A stretch of DNA of 32,000 nt. It comes from Phycisphaera mikurensis NBRC 102666 (lineage in GTDB: Bacteria > Planctomycetota > Phycisphaerae > Phycisphaerales > Phycisphaeraceae). Both the position numbers and the translations under genes were made by a program. The stretch spans positions 2,340,001 to 2,372,000 of the forward strand of contig NC_017080.1 of the NCBI RefSeq assembly GCF_000284115.1. Reading direction: 5' to 3'. The notes beneath the pieces were generated by a model, which saw nothing but the letters and a program-made list of their open reading frames with translations, was not told the DNA's origin and did not search any database. The stretch's first letter is position 1, and the number at the start of each line of letters is the position of its first letter. This document shows positions 1-8,770 of the stretch, piece by piece.

Positions 1-266
<266 letters not shown>

Positions 267-277
267 CGCAGTCCAAC

Positions 278-323
278 CCGCGGACCGTCGTCGCTGGCAA
301 GCGAAAACGTCCACGGTCCGCGG
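278..323. repeat. 46-bp hairpin element copy 1 (CCGCGGACCG-N26-CGGTCCGCGG), terminator-like position after groEL-1
   Basis: Perfect 10-bp inverted arms at 278-287 and 314-323, with a 26-nt spacer, followed by CGCTTTC. It lies 12 bp after the groEL stop. Confidence 0.85.
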
Positions 324-388
324 CGCTTTCCCGACCCGCTCCGGCGAATCCGACTTCAATCAGAACCAACTCCCACAGGAACGAACCC

Positions 389-709
389 ATGGCCAAGAAG
401 GCCCCCACCAAGACCAAGTCCACCACCCTCAACCCCCTCGACGACCGCGTGATCGTCCAGCCCCAAGAGGCCGAGGAGCGCACCGCCTCGGGCATCTACC
501 TGCCCGAGGGCGCCAAGGAGAAGCCCCAGACCGGCACCATCCTCTCCGCCGGCCCCGGCAAGCGCGACGACGACGGCAAGCGCATCGCCATGAACGTCAA
601 GAAGGGCGACACCGTCCTCTACGGCAAGTACAGCGGCACCGAGATCGAGATCGACGGCGACAAGCTGATGATCATGCGGGAGTCGGAGCTGCTCGGCGTG
701 TACGAGTGA
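389..709 (+). CDS. groES: Co-chaperonin GroES
   Basis: 106-aa ORF with an ATG start. Motifs LNPLDDRVIVQP...ASGIYLPE...KPQTGTILSAGPG...GDTVLYGKYSGTEI are typical of Cpn10. Confidence 0.97.
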   Translation: MAKKAPTKTKSTTLNPLDDRVIVQPQEAEERTASGIYLPEGAKEKPQTGTILSAGPGKRDDDGKRIAMNVKKGDTVLYGKYSGTEIEIDGDKLMIMRESELLGVYE

Positions 710-710
710 G

Positions 711-830
711 CAAGAGCGAAGAAGCGAAGAAGCGAAGAAGGGAGGAAGTCAGACAGCGGGCGTCGCTCGATGGACTTCCAAGCCTCACCTGCTGACTTCT
801 CCGCTTCCCAACTTCTTCGCTTCTTCGCTT
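711..830. repeat. Long imperfect inverted repeat built from GA-rich 8-mers (GCGAAGAA x3 ... TTCTTCGC x2), groES-groEL intercistronic
   Basis: The left arm caagagcgaagaagcgaagaagcgaagaagggaggaagtcag (711-752) is complementary to ctgacttctccgcttcccaacttcttcgcttcttcgcttg (791-830). The loop is ~38 nt. Confidence 0.8.
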
Positions 831-879
831 GAGCGGCGCAGCCGCTGCCCCCCCACCACGAACCAAAGGAGCCAAAACC

Positions 880-2493
880 ATGGCAACCAAGCAAATGATC
901 TTCGGCGCCGAAGCGCAGTCCGAACTCAGAAGCGGCCTCGAGAAGCTCGCCGCCGCCGTCAAGATCACGATGGGCCCCACCGGCCGCAACGTGATCCTCC
1001 AGAAGTCCTACGGCGGCCCCGCCGTCACCAAGGACGGCGTCTCCGTCGCCAAGGAAGTGGAGCTGGAGTCTCCCTTCGAGAACATGGGCGCGAAGATGGT
1101 CGTCGAGGTCGCCAAGAAGACCGGCGACAAGGCCGGCGACGGGACGACCACCTCGGTCGTCCTCGCCGAGGCGATCTACAAAGAGGGCCTGCGGCACGCG
1201 TCCGCGGGCGCGAACAGCGTCGCGCTGCAGCGCGGCATCAACGCCGCCGCCGAGGCCGCCAGCGAGGCGATCAAGGCGATGGCCACCAAGGTCTCCGGCC
1301 GCGACGACCTGGAGAAGGTCGCCACCGTCTCCGCCAACCACGACCGCCACATCGGCCGGCTGCTCGCCGAGGCGATCGACAAGGTCGGCCACGACGGCGT
1401 CGTCGAGATCGAGGAGGGCAAGACCGCCGAGACCGAGCTGGAGTACGTCGAGGGCATGCAGTTCGACAAGGGCTACCTGTCGCCCTACTTCATGACCGAC
1501 CCCAACCACGCCGAGGCGGTCCTGGAGGACACGCTGATCCTCGTCCACGAGAAGAAGATCAGCAACCTGCCCGACCTCCTGCCGCTGCTCAACAAGGTGG
1601 CGATGGCGCAGAAGCCCCTGCTCATCATCGCCGAGGACGTGGAGAACGAGGCCCTCGCGGCCCTGGTCGTCAACCGCCTCCGCGGCGTGCTCAAGGTCGC
1701 GGCCGTCAAGGCCCCCGGCTTCGGCGACCGCCGCAAGGCCATGCTCGGCGACATCGCCGCGCTCACCGGCGCGACCTTCATCTCCGAGGATCTGGGGATC
1801 CAGCTGGACAGCCTCGAGCTGGATCAGCTCGGCACCGCCCGCAAGGTGACCGTCGGCAAGGACAACACGACGATCATCGAGGGCGGCGGCAAGAAAGCCG
1901 ACGTCGACGGCCGCGTCAAGCAGATCCAGAAGCAGATCGAGACCACCACCAGCGACTACGACCGCGAGAAGCTCCAGGAGCGTCTCGCGAAGCTGACCGG
2001 CGGCGTGGCGATCCTCAACGTCGGCGGCGCGACCGAGACGGCGATGAAGGAGGCCAAGGACCGCGTCGACGACGCGCTGCACGCCACCAAGGCCGCCGCG
2101 GCCGAGGGCTACGTGCCCGGCGGCGGCGTGGCCCTGGTGCGAGCCATTGCGTCGGTGAAGGCCGGCCGCAAGGGTGCCAAAGGCGACGAGAAGCTCGGCT
2201 TCGACGTCGTCGCCGCGGCGCTGGAGGTGCCCCTCCGCCAGATCGTCGACAACACCGGCGAGGACGGCCACGTCGTCGTCGCCGAGGTGAAGGCCCACGA
2301 GGGTGCCTACGGCTACAACGCCGGCACGGCGAAGTACGAGGACCTCGTGCAGGCCGGCATCATCGACCCGGCGCTCGTCTCGCGCACCGCCCTGCTCAAC
2401 GCGGCCTCGGTCGCGGGGCTGATGCTCACGACCAACGTCCTGGTCACCGACCTCGACGACGAGGAGGAGCCGGTGAACGGGGCGACGGCGTAG
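880..2493 (+). CDS. groEL: Chaperonin GroEL (second copy, no GGM tail)
   Basis: ATG at 880 is preceded by [18 protein letters not shown]...GPTGRNVIL...AGDGTTT...[17 protein letters not shown]...GGVAL is a full-length Cpn60 signature. The ORF-track start at 829 falls inside the upstream hairpin and was rejected. Confidence 0.97.
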   Translation: MATKQMIFGAEAQSELRSGLEKLAAAVKITMGPTGRNVILQKSYGGPAVTKDGVSVAKEVELESPFENMGAKMVVEVAKKTGDKAGDGTTTSVVLAEAIYKEGLRHASAGANSVALQRGINAAAEAASEAIKAMATKVSGRDDLEKVATVSANHDRHIGRLLAEAIDKVGHDGVVEIEEGKTAETELEYVEGMQFDKGYLSPYFMTDPNHAEAVLEDTLILVHEKKISNLPDLLPLLNKVAMAQKPLLIIAEDVENEALAALVVNRLRGVLKVAAVKAPGFGDRRKAMLGDIAALTGATFISEDLGIQLDSLELDQLGTARKVTVGKDNTTIIEGGGKKADVDGRVKQIQKQIETTTSDYDREKLQERLAKLTGGVAILNVGGATETAMKEAKDRVDDALHATKAAAAEGYVPGGGVALVRAIASVKAGRKGAKGDEKLGFDVVAAALEVPLRQIVDNTGEDGHVVVAEVKAHEGAYGYNAGTAKYEDLVQAGIIDPALVSRTALLNAASVAGLMLTTNVLVTDLDDEEEPVNGATA

Positions 2494-2495
2494 CT

Positions 2496-2516
2496 CCGCC
2501 CGGCGGCGCCGGGCGG
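2496..2516 (+). terminator. GC-rich hairpin immediately after groEL stop (candidate intrinsic terminator, no U-tract)
   Basis: CCGCCCGGC-GGC-GCCGGGCGG: 9-bp perfect stem, 3-nt loop, starting 3 nt after the stop codon. Confidence 0.4.
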
Positions 2517-2900
2517 GGTGAGGTGCGGTCGGGATCGGGCTGCGCCCGGCGGAGCCCGGCAGCGCGGGGGAGCTGTCGGTTCTGTCGTGGCGCTGCCCCG
2601 AGAAGCCCGGCCCACCGAGCCGGGGCCGAGTGACGCCGGCACCTTGCAGCCTCTACTCGATCGCTCCACGGCCCAACGGCCTGGAGCGGCATGACTACGA
2701 TCCGGCCGAGCACGCGAACGCCTTCCCGGCGGCGTGCGAGACAAGCCGGTCCCCCTGAGCGGTCCCCCGCCGCTGCCCCGGGAAACGCATCCGCCGGAGC
2801 CATCGGGCTCCGAGCGCAGCGGCGGGTCCCCCGCCGCGGAGACCGACGGCTCCCCCGACTGACCCCGCGAAGCGGGGGTCCCCCCGCGAAGCGGAGTTCC

Positions 2901-4049
2901 ATGGCGACCCAACGCGACTACTACGAAGTGCTCTCCGTCGAGCGGACCGCCGACGGCGACACCATCAAGCGGCAGTACCGCAAGATGGCGATGAAGTACC
3001 ACCCCGACCGCAACCCCGGCGACGCGGCGGCGGAGGCCAGCTTCAAGGAGTGCGCCGAGGCGTACGAGGTGCTCTCCGACGCCGAGAAGCGGCAGCGCTA
3101 CGACCGCCACGGCCACGCCGGCCTCCGCGGCGGCCCCGCCGGCCACGACTTCTCGGGCATGAACGCCCACGACATCTCCGACCTCTTCGCCGACATCTTC
3201 GGCGGCGGGGGCGGCCGCCGTGGCGGCGGCGGGCGGGCCGGCGGCGTGCAGCGGGGGTACGACCTGGAGACGCAGACCTCCATCACGCTCGCGGAGGTGC
3301 TCGAGGGGGTCGAACAGGAGATCGAGTTCACCCGTCAGGACGTCTGCGAGACCTGCAAGGGCAGCGGCGGGAAGCCCGGCACCCAGCCCCTGGACTGCAC
3401 CATGTGCGGCGGCGCCGGGAAGGTCCGCCGCGGCGGCGGCTTCTTCCAGATGATCACGCCGTGTCCGAACTGCAACGGCACCGGCAAGGCCTACCCCTCG
3501 CCCTGCACGGCGTGCAGCGGTGAGGGCCGGGTGCCGCTCAAGCGGCAGCTGTCGGTCAAGATCCCACCGGGCATCCAGGACACCCAGGTGATCCGCGTGA
3601 GCGGCGAGGGCGAGCCCGGCGTCGCGCCCGGCGGGGCCGTCGGCCCCCGCGGCGACCTGCACGTGGTCGTCCGCGTGGAGGAGCACGAGCTTTTCGAGCG
3701 GCACGACGACCACCTGCTGCTGAAGATGCCCGTCGGCTTCACCCAGGCCGCGCTGGGCGCCACCGTCGCGGTCCCGACGCTCACCGGCGACGCGAGCGTC
3801 GACATCGGCGCCGGCAGCCAGGACGGGGACCTGGTCCGCCTCCGGGGCGAAGGCCTCCCGAACCTCCGGACGAACCGGCGCGGCGACCTCGTCGTCGAGC
3901 TGCACCTGGAGGTCCCCAAGAAGCTGACCCCGCGCCAGCGCGAGCTCCTCGAGCTCTACGCCCAGACCGAGGAGACCGACGGCCGCCCCGCCGACTCCAC
4001 GCCCCGCCAGCAGGGCTTTTGGGACAAGATCAAGACCTACCTGCAATAG
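2901..4049 (+). CDS. dnaJ: Molecular chaperone DnaJ
   Basis: ATG at 2901 is preceded by GGAG. The J-domain reads YYEVLSV...KRQYRKMAMKYHPDRNPGD. It is followed by a G-rich linker, four CxxCxGxG zinc-finger motifs and a C-terminal substrate domain. Confidence 0.95.
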   Translation: MATQRDYYEVLSVERTADGDTIKRQYRKMAMKYHPDRNPGDAAAEASFKECAEAYEVLSDAEKRQRYDRHGHAGLRGGPAGHDFSGMNAHDISDLFADIFGGGGGRRGGGGRAGGVQRGYDLETQTSITLAEVLEGVEQEIEFTRQDVCETCKGSGGKPGTQPLDCTMCGGAGKVRRGGGFFQMITPCPNCNGTGKAYPSPCTACSGEGRVPLKRQLSVKIPPGIQDTQVIRVSGEGEPGVAPGGAVGPRGDLHVVVRVEEHELFERHDDHLLLKMPVGFTQAALGATVAVPTLTGDASVDIGAGSQDGDLVRLRGEGLPNLRTNRRGDLVVELHLEVPKKLTPRQRELLELYAQTEETDGRPADSTPRQQGFWDKIKTYLQ

Positions 4050-4123
4050 CAACCGACGACGCCGCGCGTCCCGCCGCCACCGCCCTTCCCGATGAACCGG
4101 CCGGGGGAGTGAAGAAGTTCCGC

Positions 4124-4714
4124 ATGGACCACGACCAGAACCACGACAGCGACACCGAGGACCTGACGCCCGAGGGCGAGGAGCCGACCTTCGACTTCGA
4201 CGAGCTCGCCGAGGAGATGCCCGGCGAAACCCCGCTCGACGGCGTCGAGGAGCCCGACGCGGCCGGCGAGCTCGCCAACCTCCGCGAGCAGGTCGCCGAT
4301 CTGGACGGCCGCCTCAAACGCACCGCCGCCGACTACCAGAACTACGTCCGCCGCAGCGCCCGCGAGGTGCTCTCGGCGCGGGAGCAGGGCAAGGCCGAGC
4401 TCGTCCGCGCGCTCATCACCAGCCTCGACCACCTCGACCGCGCCGTGGCCGTCGACGCCGCGAGCACCACCGCCGCCGAGGTGCAGCGGGGCGTTTCCTC
4501 GACCATCGAGGAGCTGGGCAAGGCCATGGCCGCCGCGGGGGTGACCAAGCTCACCCCCGCCCCCGGCGACGAGTTCGATCCGAACATCCACGAGGCCCTG
4601 ATGCACACCCCCGCCGAGGGCGTCGAGAGCGGCAAGGTCGCGGCCACCCTCATGCCCGGCTACCTCGTCGGCGAGGTTCCGGTCCGACCCGCCCAGGTCT
4701 CCGTCGCTCAATAA
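4124..4714 (+). CDS. grpE: Nucleotide exchange factor GrpE
   Basis: ATG at 4124 (the 4019 track start overlaps dnaJ). Acidic N-terminus, coiled coil with RTAADYQNYVRRSARE (the GrpE signature region), and a C-terminal beta domain ...GYLVGEVPVRPAQV. Confidence 0.9.
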   Translation: MDHDQNHDSDTEDLTPEGEEPTFDFDELAEEMPGETPLDGVEEPDAAGELANLREQVADLDGRLKRTAADYQNYVRRSAREVLSAREQGKAELVRALITSLDHLDRAVAVDAASTTAAEVQRGVSSTIEELGKAMAAAGVTKLTPAPGDEFDPNIHEALMHTPAEGVESGKVAATLMPGYLVGEVPVRPAQVSVAQ

Positions 4715-4721
4715 GTCGCCC

Positions 4722-5120
4722 ATGCCCACGTACGAATACGTCTGCAAGTCCTGCGGCCAGCCCACCGAGCACTTCGCCTCGATGAGCGCCAAGCCGCTGC
4801 GGAAGTGCCCGCACTGCGGGAAGAACCAGCTGGAGCGCCAGATCGGCACCGGCGCCGGCTTCATCTTCAAGGGCGGCGGCTTCTACGAGACCGACTACCG
4901 GAGCGAGGGCTACAAGAAGTCCGCCAAGGAAGACCAAGCCTCCTCCGAGCCCAAGGGGGAGCCCAAGGGGGACAAGCCCGCGAGCGGCGAGAAGCCGCCG
5001 CCGAAGGGCGACGGCGGCGGCAAGCCCGACACGCCCGGCCAGCCTGCGCCGAAGAAGAAGGCCGAGCCCAAGCCCGCCGCCGGCAAGCCGGCCCCCAAGA
5101 AGCCCAGGGGCGACGGCTGA
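4722..5120 (+). CDS. FmdB-family zinc-ribbon protein with K/P/G-rich C-terminal tail
   Basis: MPTYEYVCKSCG...CPHCG...L.RQIG is the typical CxxC...CxxC FmdB/Zn-ribbon N-terminus. The tail is low-complexity and K/P/G-rich. Confidence 0.8.
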   Translation: MPTYEYVCKSCGQPTEHFASMSAKPLRKCPHCGKNQLERQIGTGAGFIFKGGGFYETDYRSEGYKKSAKEDQASSEPKGEPKGDKPASGEKPPPKGDGGGKPDTPGQPAPKKKAEPKPAAGKPAPKKPRGDG

Positions 5121-5175
5121 GCCGACGCCGCGGACGCGGCACCCCGATCGCGCAGAAGCGGGGACCTCGACCCGC

Positions 5176-6669
5176 TCAGCGGGGCGTGGCCGCCTCGCTC
5201 TCCACCACGCGGAGCCGGGCGATCCCCGCCTTGCAACCCCAGACGAGGCTGCGGTCGGGCAGGATCGACTGCTGGTTGCCCCCGTCGAAGGCGGCATCGC
5301 CCGCGTCGCCGAGGTCGAAAGCCCAGGCCGTTTCGCCGGTCGTCCAATCCAGCGCCCGATAGACGGAGCGGCCCGCCTCCACGCCCTGCCCGTAGAGCAG
5401 GCCCGTGGCCGTGCTGACGGTGAGCACGTTGTTGAGGTTCACGTCCCCGCGGCTCCAGTCCAGGCGCAGCTCGGCCGCGTCGGCATCCCAGCGAGCCCGC
5501 TGCACGCCGGGCAGCGGGTCATCGACCGGGAAGATGCCGTTCCACTGTGCGACGGCGACGGCGTCACCCCACGCGGCGGGCGAGTTCTCGGTGCTGAAGC
5601 CGCGGCCCGCCGGCGTGGCGAAGGGCAACTCCAGCACGCCCGCCACCCGCGGGTCGAGCGCCTCGCCGCCGGCGACCCGCGGCTCCCACCCCGGGGGGAT
5701 CTCGCCGCGCCAGAAGGCAACGAGCCGGTTGGGGGTGCGGCCGTCGACGATCACCACCACGTCCTCGAGCAGCGTCGGCGTGGTGCCGCTGCCGGTGCCC
5801 TCCGCGCCCGCCAGCACGCGCAGCAGCTCGAGCCCGGGCCGCACCCGCCGCGGGGCTTTCGGGCCGCGCGTGTCGTATGCGGCGTGCCACACCGGCTCGA
5901 ACCGCTTGCCGGTCCAGCGAACCTTCGTCATCGCCAGGTCGCTCACGAGGTACACGCCGCCGTCGGGGTCGACCGGCTGGCTGTTGTGGCAGGCGATGTC
6001 GCCGTCCACCGAGGCGAGGTCCAACGAAGCCGCGAGAGCGAGCGCGGGAGCGGGCGAGCCGAGCCCCTCCACACGCAACGCCACGAGGTGGCCGGCGTCG
6101 GTGAGAACCAGCAGGTGGCCGTCGTAGGCGGCGGTGAGCGTCTGAGGCTTCCCGGGCACCGCCGCCGGCAGCACGAAGCGGGCCAGCTCGGCGATGGGGC
6201 TCTCCGCCTCGCCCGGCCGCCGGTCGCCGAAGAGCATCACCCGTCGCTGATTCGGATCGAGCACCGCCAGGCGGTTGCCGCGGAGCAGCACGCAGTTCCA
6301 GTGCAGGTCCATCTCGCGATCGATGCGGTGCTTGTCGACCAGCTCGAAGCGGGGCCCGTCCACGAGGACCTTCGTGACGTGCGTCACGGTCGCGCCCCAG
6401 ACCGGCACCGCCCCTCCGGCGTAGGGCTCGCCCACCAGCGACCAGCACGATGGACCGTTGGCCCGCGTCCGGATCACCTGCAGCTCCAGCGCCTCGCCCG
6501 CCACCGGCCCCGGCAGCGGCGTCGAGCCGGTGGCCGCCGGGTCGTGGTGAAACGTCGGCGAAGCCGACGCCGCGAGGAACGGGTTCCGCGGCGCCGGCTC
6601 GGCGGCGCCGGCGCCCGCCACGCCGACCGCGGCGGCGGCGAGGGCGGCAAGGGCGAAGCGCGGTCGCAT
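5176..6669 (-). CDS. Secreted hypothetical protein (signal peptide; function unknown)
   Basis: An internal ATG at 6669 gives MRPRFALAALAAAAVGVAGAGAAEP, a clear signal peptide. The reading frame is long and coherent. I recognise no family motif. Confidence 0.6.
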   Translation of the reverse strand: MRPRFALAALAAAAVGVAGAGAAEPAPRNPFLAASASPTFHHDPAATGSTPLPGPVAGEALELQVIRTRANGPSCWSLVGEPYAGGAVPVWGATVTHVTKVLVDGPRFELVDKHRIDREMDLHWNCVLLRGNRLAVLDPNQRRVMLFGDRRPGEAESPIAELARFVLPAAVPGKPQTLTAAYDGHLLVLTDAGHLVALRVEGLGSPAPALALAASLDLASVDGDIACHNSQPVDPDGGVYLVSDLAMTKVRWTGKRFEPVWHAAYDTRGPKAPRRVRPGLELLRVLAGAEGTGSGTTPTLLEDVVVIVDGRTPNRLVAFWRGEIPPGWEPRVAGGEALDPRVAGVLELPFATPAGRGFSTENSPAAWGDAVAVAQWNGIFPVDDPLPGVQRARWDADAAELRLDWSRGDVNLNNVLTVSTATGLLYGQGVEAGRSVYRALDWTTGETAWAFDLGDAGDAAFDGGNQQSILPDRSLVWGCKAGIARLRVVESEAATPR

Positions 6670-6885
6670 GCGGAGACGGTAGATGCCGCGGGCGGGCGGA
6701 GCCGGCGGTGTCGCCGCCGGGCGCTGCCCGAGCGTGGCCCGGGGGAAAGAGCCGTGTCGGAGCGGGGTCGGCGCAGCCTCTTGTGTCGGGCCGCGGCATC
6801 GCACGAACGCCCGGGTCCGACGGACGGAACCTTCGCGATCACCCGGCCCGCATCGGGGCGCAACGCGGCTGGATCGTCGTCGGGT

Positions 6886-8049
6886 TCAACGGACGGTGCT
6901 TCGTGGCTGTGCGGCCCGCTCCCGGCGAGCCCGCCTCCCCGCCCCCCGGTCCAGCGGCGACACCACCCCCAGCACCCCGCGCCCGCCGCCCGAGGTCAGG
7001 TGCAGGTACAGCATGGTCGTCTTGACGCTCTTGTGCCCCAGCAGCTCCTGCACCGTGCGGATGTCGTACCCATCCTCCAGCAGGTGCGTCGCGAACGAGT
7101 GCCGCAGCGTGTGGCACGACGCCTTCTTGTCGATCCCCGCCCGCTTCACCGCCGCAGCCACCGCCTTCTGCAGCGTGTTCTCGTGGAGGTGCCGGCGGAC
7201 CTCCACGTCCTGCGAATCCGCCAGCCCCAACCGCTCGAGAGCCGCCTGCATCATCGCGGGATCCTCCAGCGGCGCACCCCCCGACGCCGCCGAGCCGTCC
7301 ATGAACAGCCGCATCACCGGCGTGGGCGTCACCCGCGGGCTCGCGAACACGTACTGCCACGCCAGCGAGCGGCTCGCCGCCGGGGTCTTCCTCACCTGCG
7401 CGTACGGCATCGGCACCCAGCCCACCGACCCGCCCCGCTTCAAGTCCGCCTCGTGGCGGCGGTTCCGCCACGCCAGCTGCTCCCCCATCGCCGCGATGCA
7501 CCGCTCCGGCAGCAGCGCTGCGCGGTCCTTCGCGCCCTTCCCGTCCCGCACCATCACCCGCCCCCGCTCCAGGCTCACGTCCTTCACGCGCAGGCGGGTG
7601 ACCTCCGTCAGCCGCATCCCCGCCCCGTACAGCAGGTTCGCCATCAGCCCGTGCATCCGCGTGACGAGCGGATCCGCCGGCGCCTCCGCGACCGCATCCA
7701 GCACCGCCGCCACCTCCCCCCGGCTCAGCACCTCCGGCAGCCGCGCCGGCTTCTTCGCCCGCTTCGCCTCGAACGCCCCGAGCTTCTGATCGAGCACCTT
7801 CTCGTACAGGAACACCAGCGCGTTGAGCGCCTGGTTCTGCGTGGAAGCCGCGACCTTCCGCTCCACCGCAAGTTGCGTCAGGAACGCCTCGACCCCGGCC
7901 TCGCCAAGCGCCTCGGGCGACACCCACGCCCCAGCCACCTTCCGGTGATGCCGCAGGTAGCGCTCGATCCACCCCGTATACGCCTGCTCCGTGCGGAAGC
8001 TGTAATGCCCCCGCCGCAGCGCTTCGTGAACTTCCTCCATCAGCCCCAT
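6886..8049 (-). CDS. intI: Integron integrase IntI (tyrosine recombinase with IntI-specific extra domain)
   Basis: Motifs: [53 protein letters not shown]...[10 protein letters not shown], an IntI-specific segment (...LAWQYVFAS...), [27 protein letters not shown] and TTMLYLH...GGGRGV..SPLD. The catalytic R-K-H-R-H-Y residues all appear to be present. Confidence 0.93.
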   Translation of the reverse strand: MGLMEEVHEALRRGHYSFRTEQAYTGWIERYLRHHRKVAGAWVSPEALGEAGVEAFLTQLAVERKVAASTQNQALNALVFLYEKVLDQKLGAFEAKRAKKPARLPEVLSRGEVAAVLDAVAEAPADPLVTRMHGLMANLLYGAGMRLTEVTRLRVKDVSLERGRVMVRDGKGAKDRAALLPERCIAAMGEQLAWRNRRHEADLKRGGSVGWVPMPYAQVRKTPAASRSLAWQYVFASPRVTPTPVMRLFMDGSAASGGAPLEDPAMMQAALERLGLADSQDVEVRRHLHENTLQKAVAAAVKRAGIDKKASCHTLRHSFATHLLEDGYDIRTVQELLGHKSVKTTMLYLHLTSGGGRGVLGVVSPLDRGAGRRARRERAAQPRSTVR

Positions 8050-8227
8050 GGGGCCACGCTAGATTCTGCATTTGATGCCGTCAATATGGTACGATATGCA
8101 GAAATCGTTCGGCCACGACCCGACCCAGGACTTCAGGAACGGCTTGACAGCCCACGCCGGACAGATCAAACTCTTCCACAAGCGGTAGACGTTCTGCCGA
8201 CAGCATTCTGTATAATCACTGTTAGGC
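8050..8227 (+). other. attI region; crossover box GTTAGGC at 8221-8227
   Basis: This is the intI-proximal intergenic region. It ends in GTTAGGCCGC, identical to the R' boxes of the attC sites. TATAAT lies at 8211-8216 and TTGACA at 8144-8149. An inverted repeat TTCTGCAT...ATGCAGAA lies at ~8064-8103. Confidence 0.6.
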
Positions 8228-8264
8228 CGCGGCAGCATTGCTGTGTCTCCCAGGAACTGCAACA

Positions 8265-8627
8265 ATGAGTCGGCGTAGCAGAGCCAAATTGGTGACGAAG
8301 AGCTCGGACATCGGCAGCCGGATCCTCAACTCTGCTCAGCTGAACGCTAGTTCTGCTGTCCCACGTTTCCTAGCTGGCCGCGAAGCACTAGAGTCCGCTC
8401 CTGCTCCAGCGGCCAAAAAGAAGAAAAAGCGTATCAAGCTGAAGCCGTTCGCCTGCGACGTTTGCGGCGAAGTTTTCAGCCTTAAAGCTATGGATAGGCA
8501 CAGAAGGCATGTCCATTTCATACCAACGCCACAACAGTCTGCTATGGTGAAATGCCCGCACTGCCGGAAAGCCGTGAGGCAGTGCAATCTGCGAAAGCAC
8601 ATGGAAAAAATGCATCCTCAATCTTGA
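8265..8627 (+). CDS. Cassette 1: small basic protein with two C2H2-like zinc fingers and a poly-K stretch
   Basis: ATG at 8265. KKKKKRIK is followed by FACDVCGEVFSLKAMDRHRRHVH and VKCPHCRKAVRQCNLRKHMEKMH (C-x2-C ... H-x3/4-H). The region looks lower in G+C than its surroundings by eye. Confidence 0.7.
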   Translation: MSRRSRAKLVTKSSDIGSRILNSAQLNASSAVPRFLAGREALESAPAPAAKKKKKRIKLKPFACDVCGEVFSLKAMDRHRRHVHFIPTPQQSAMVKCPHCRKAVRQCNLRKHMEKMHPQS

Positions 8628-8648
8628 AGGCCAGCTCGCCGGCGTGCG

Positions 8649-8757
8649 GCCTAACCAGGCGTTGCAGCGGACCGGCAGTGTGTGCGGGTTTACAGTCCGC
8701 TCCGGGAACCAGGCCCGCCGTCAGTTCGGCCGGCCGCTGAACGCTTCTTCGTTAGGT
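8649..8757 (+). repeat. attC 1 (R'' GCCTAAC, R' GTTAGGT)
   Basis: 109-bp imperfect palindrome: gcctaaccaggcgttgcagcggaccggc...ggccggccgctgaacgcttcttcgttaggt. Confidence 0.88.
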
Positions 8758-8770
8758 GCCTTGATCGACC

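Noticed and set aside
267-388. Search for a CIRCE/HrcA operator upstream of groES (and of groEL and dnaJ)
   Set aside because: No TTAGCACTC-N9-GAGTGCTAA-like sequence is present, so no such feature is reported.
619-4052. Long minus-strand ORFs (619-2298, 2313-4052) opposite groEL and dnaJ
   Set aside because: The plus-strand genes are unambiguous chaperones. The antisense frames are GC-skew artefacts.
4925-5120. K/P/G-rich low-complexity region as a separate gene or repeat
   Set aside because: It is continuous in frame with the FmdB zinc-ribbon N-terminus. I treat it as a disordered C-terminal tail of the same protein.
8059-8265. 68-aa minus-strand ORF in the attI region
   Set aside because: It has no motif and overlaps the attI and promoter region between intI and cassette 1. 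It is most likely fortuitous in this locally AT-richer stretch.
5884-8268. 794-aa plus-strand ORF spanning the secreted-protein gene and intI
   Set aside because: It lies antisense to two coherent minus-strand genes, including the motif-rich integrase. The translation is Arg/Pro/His-rich with no recognisable domain.
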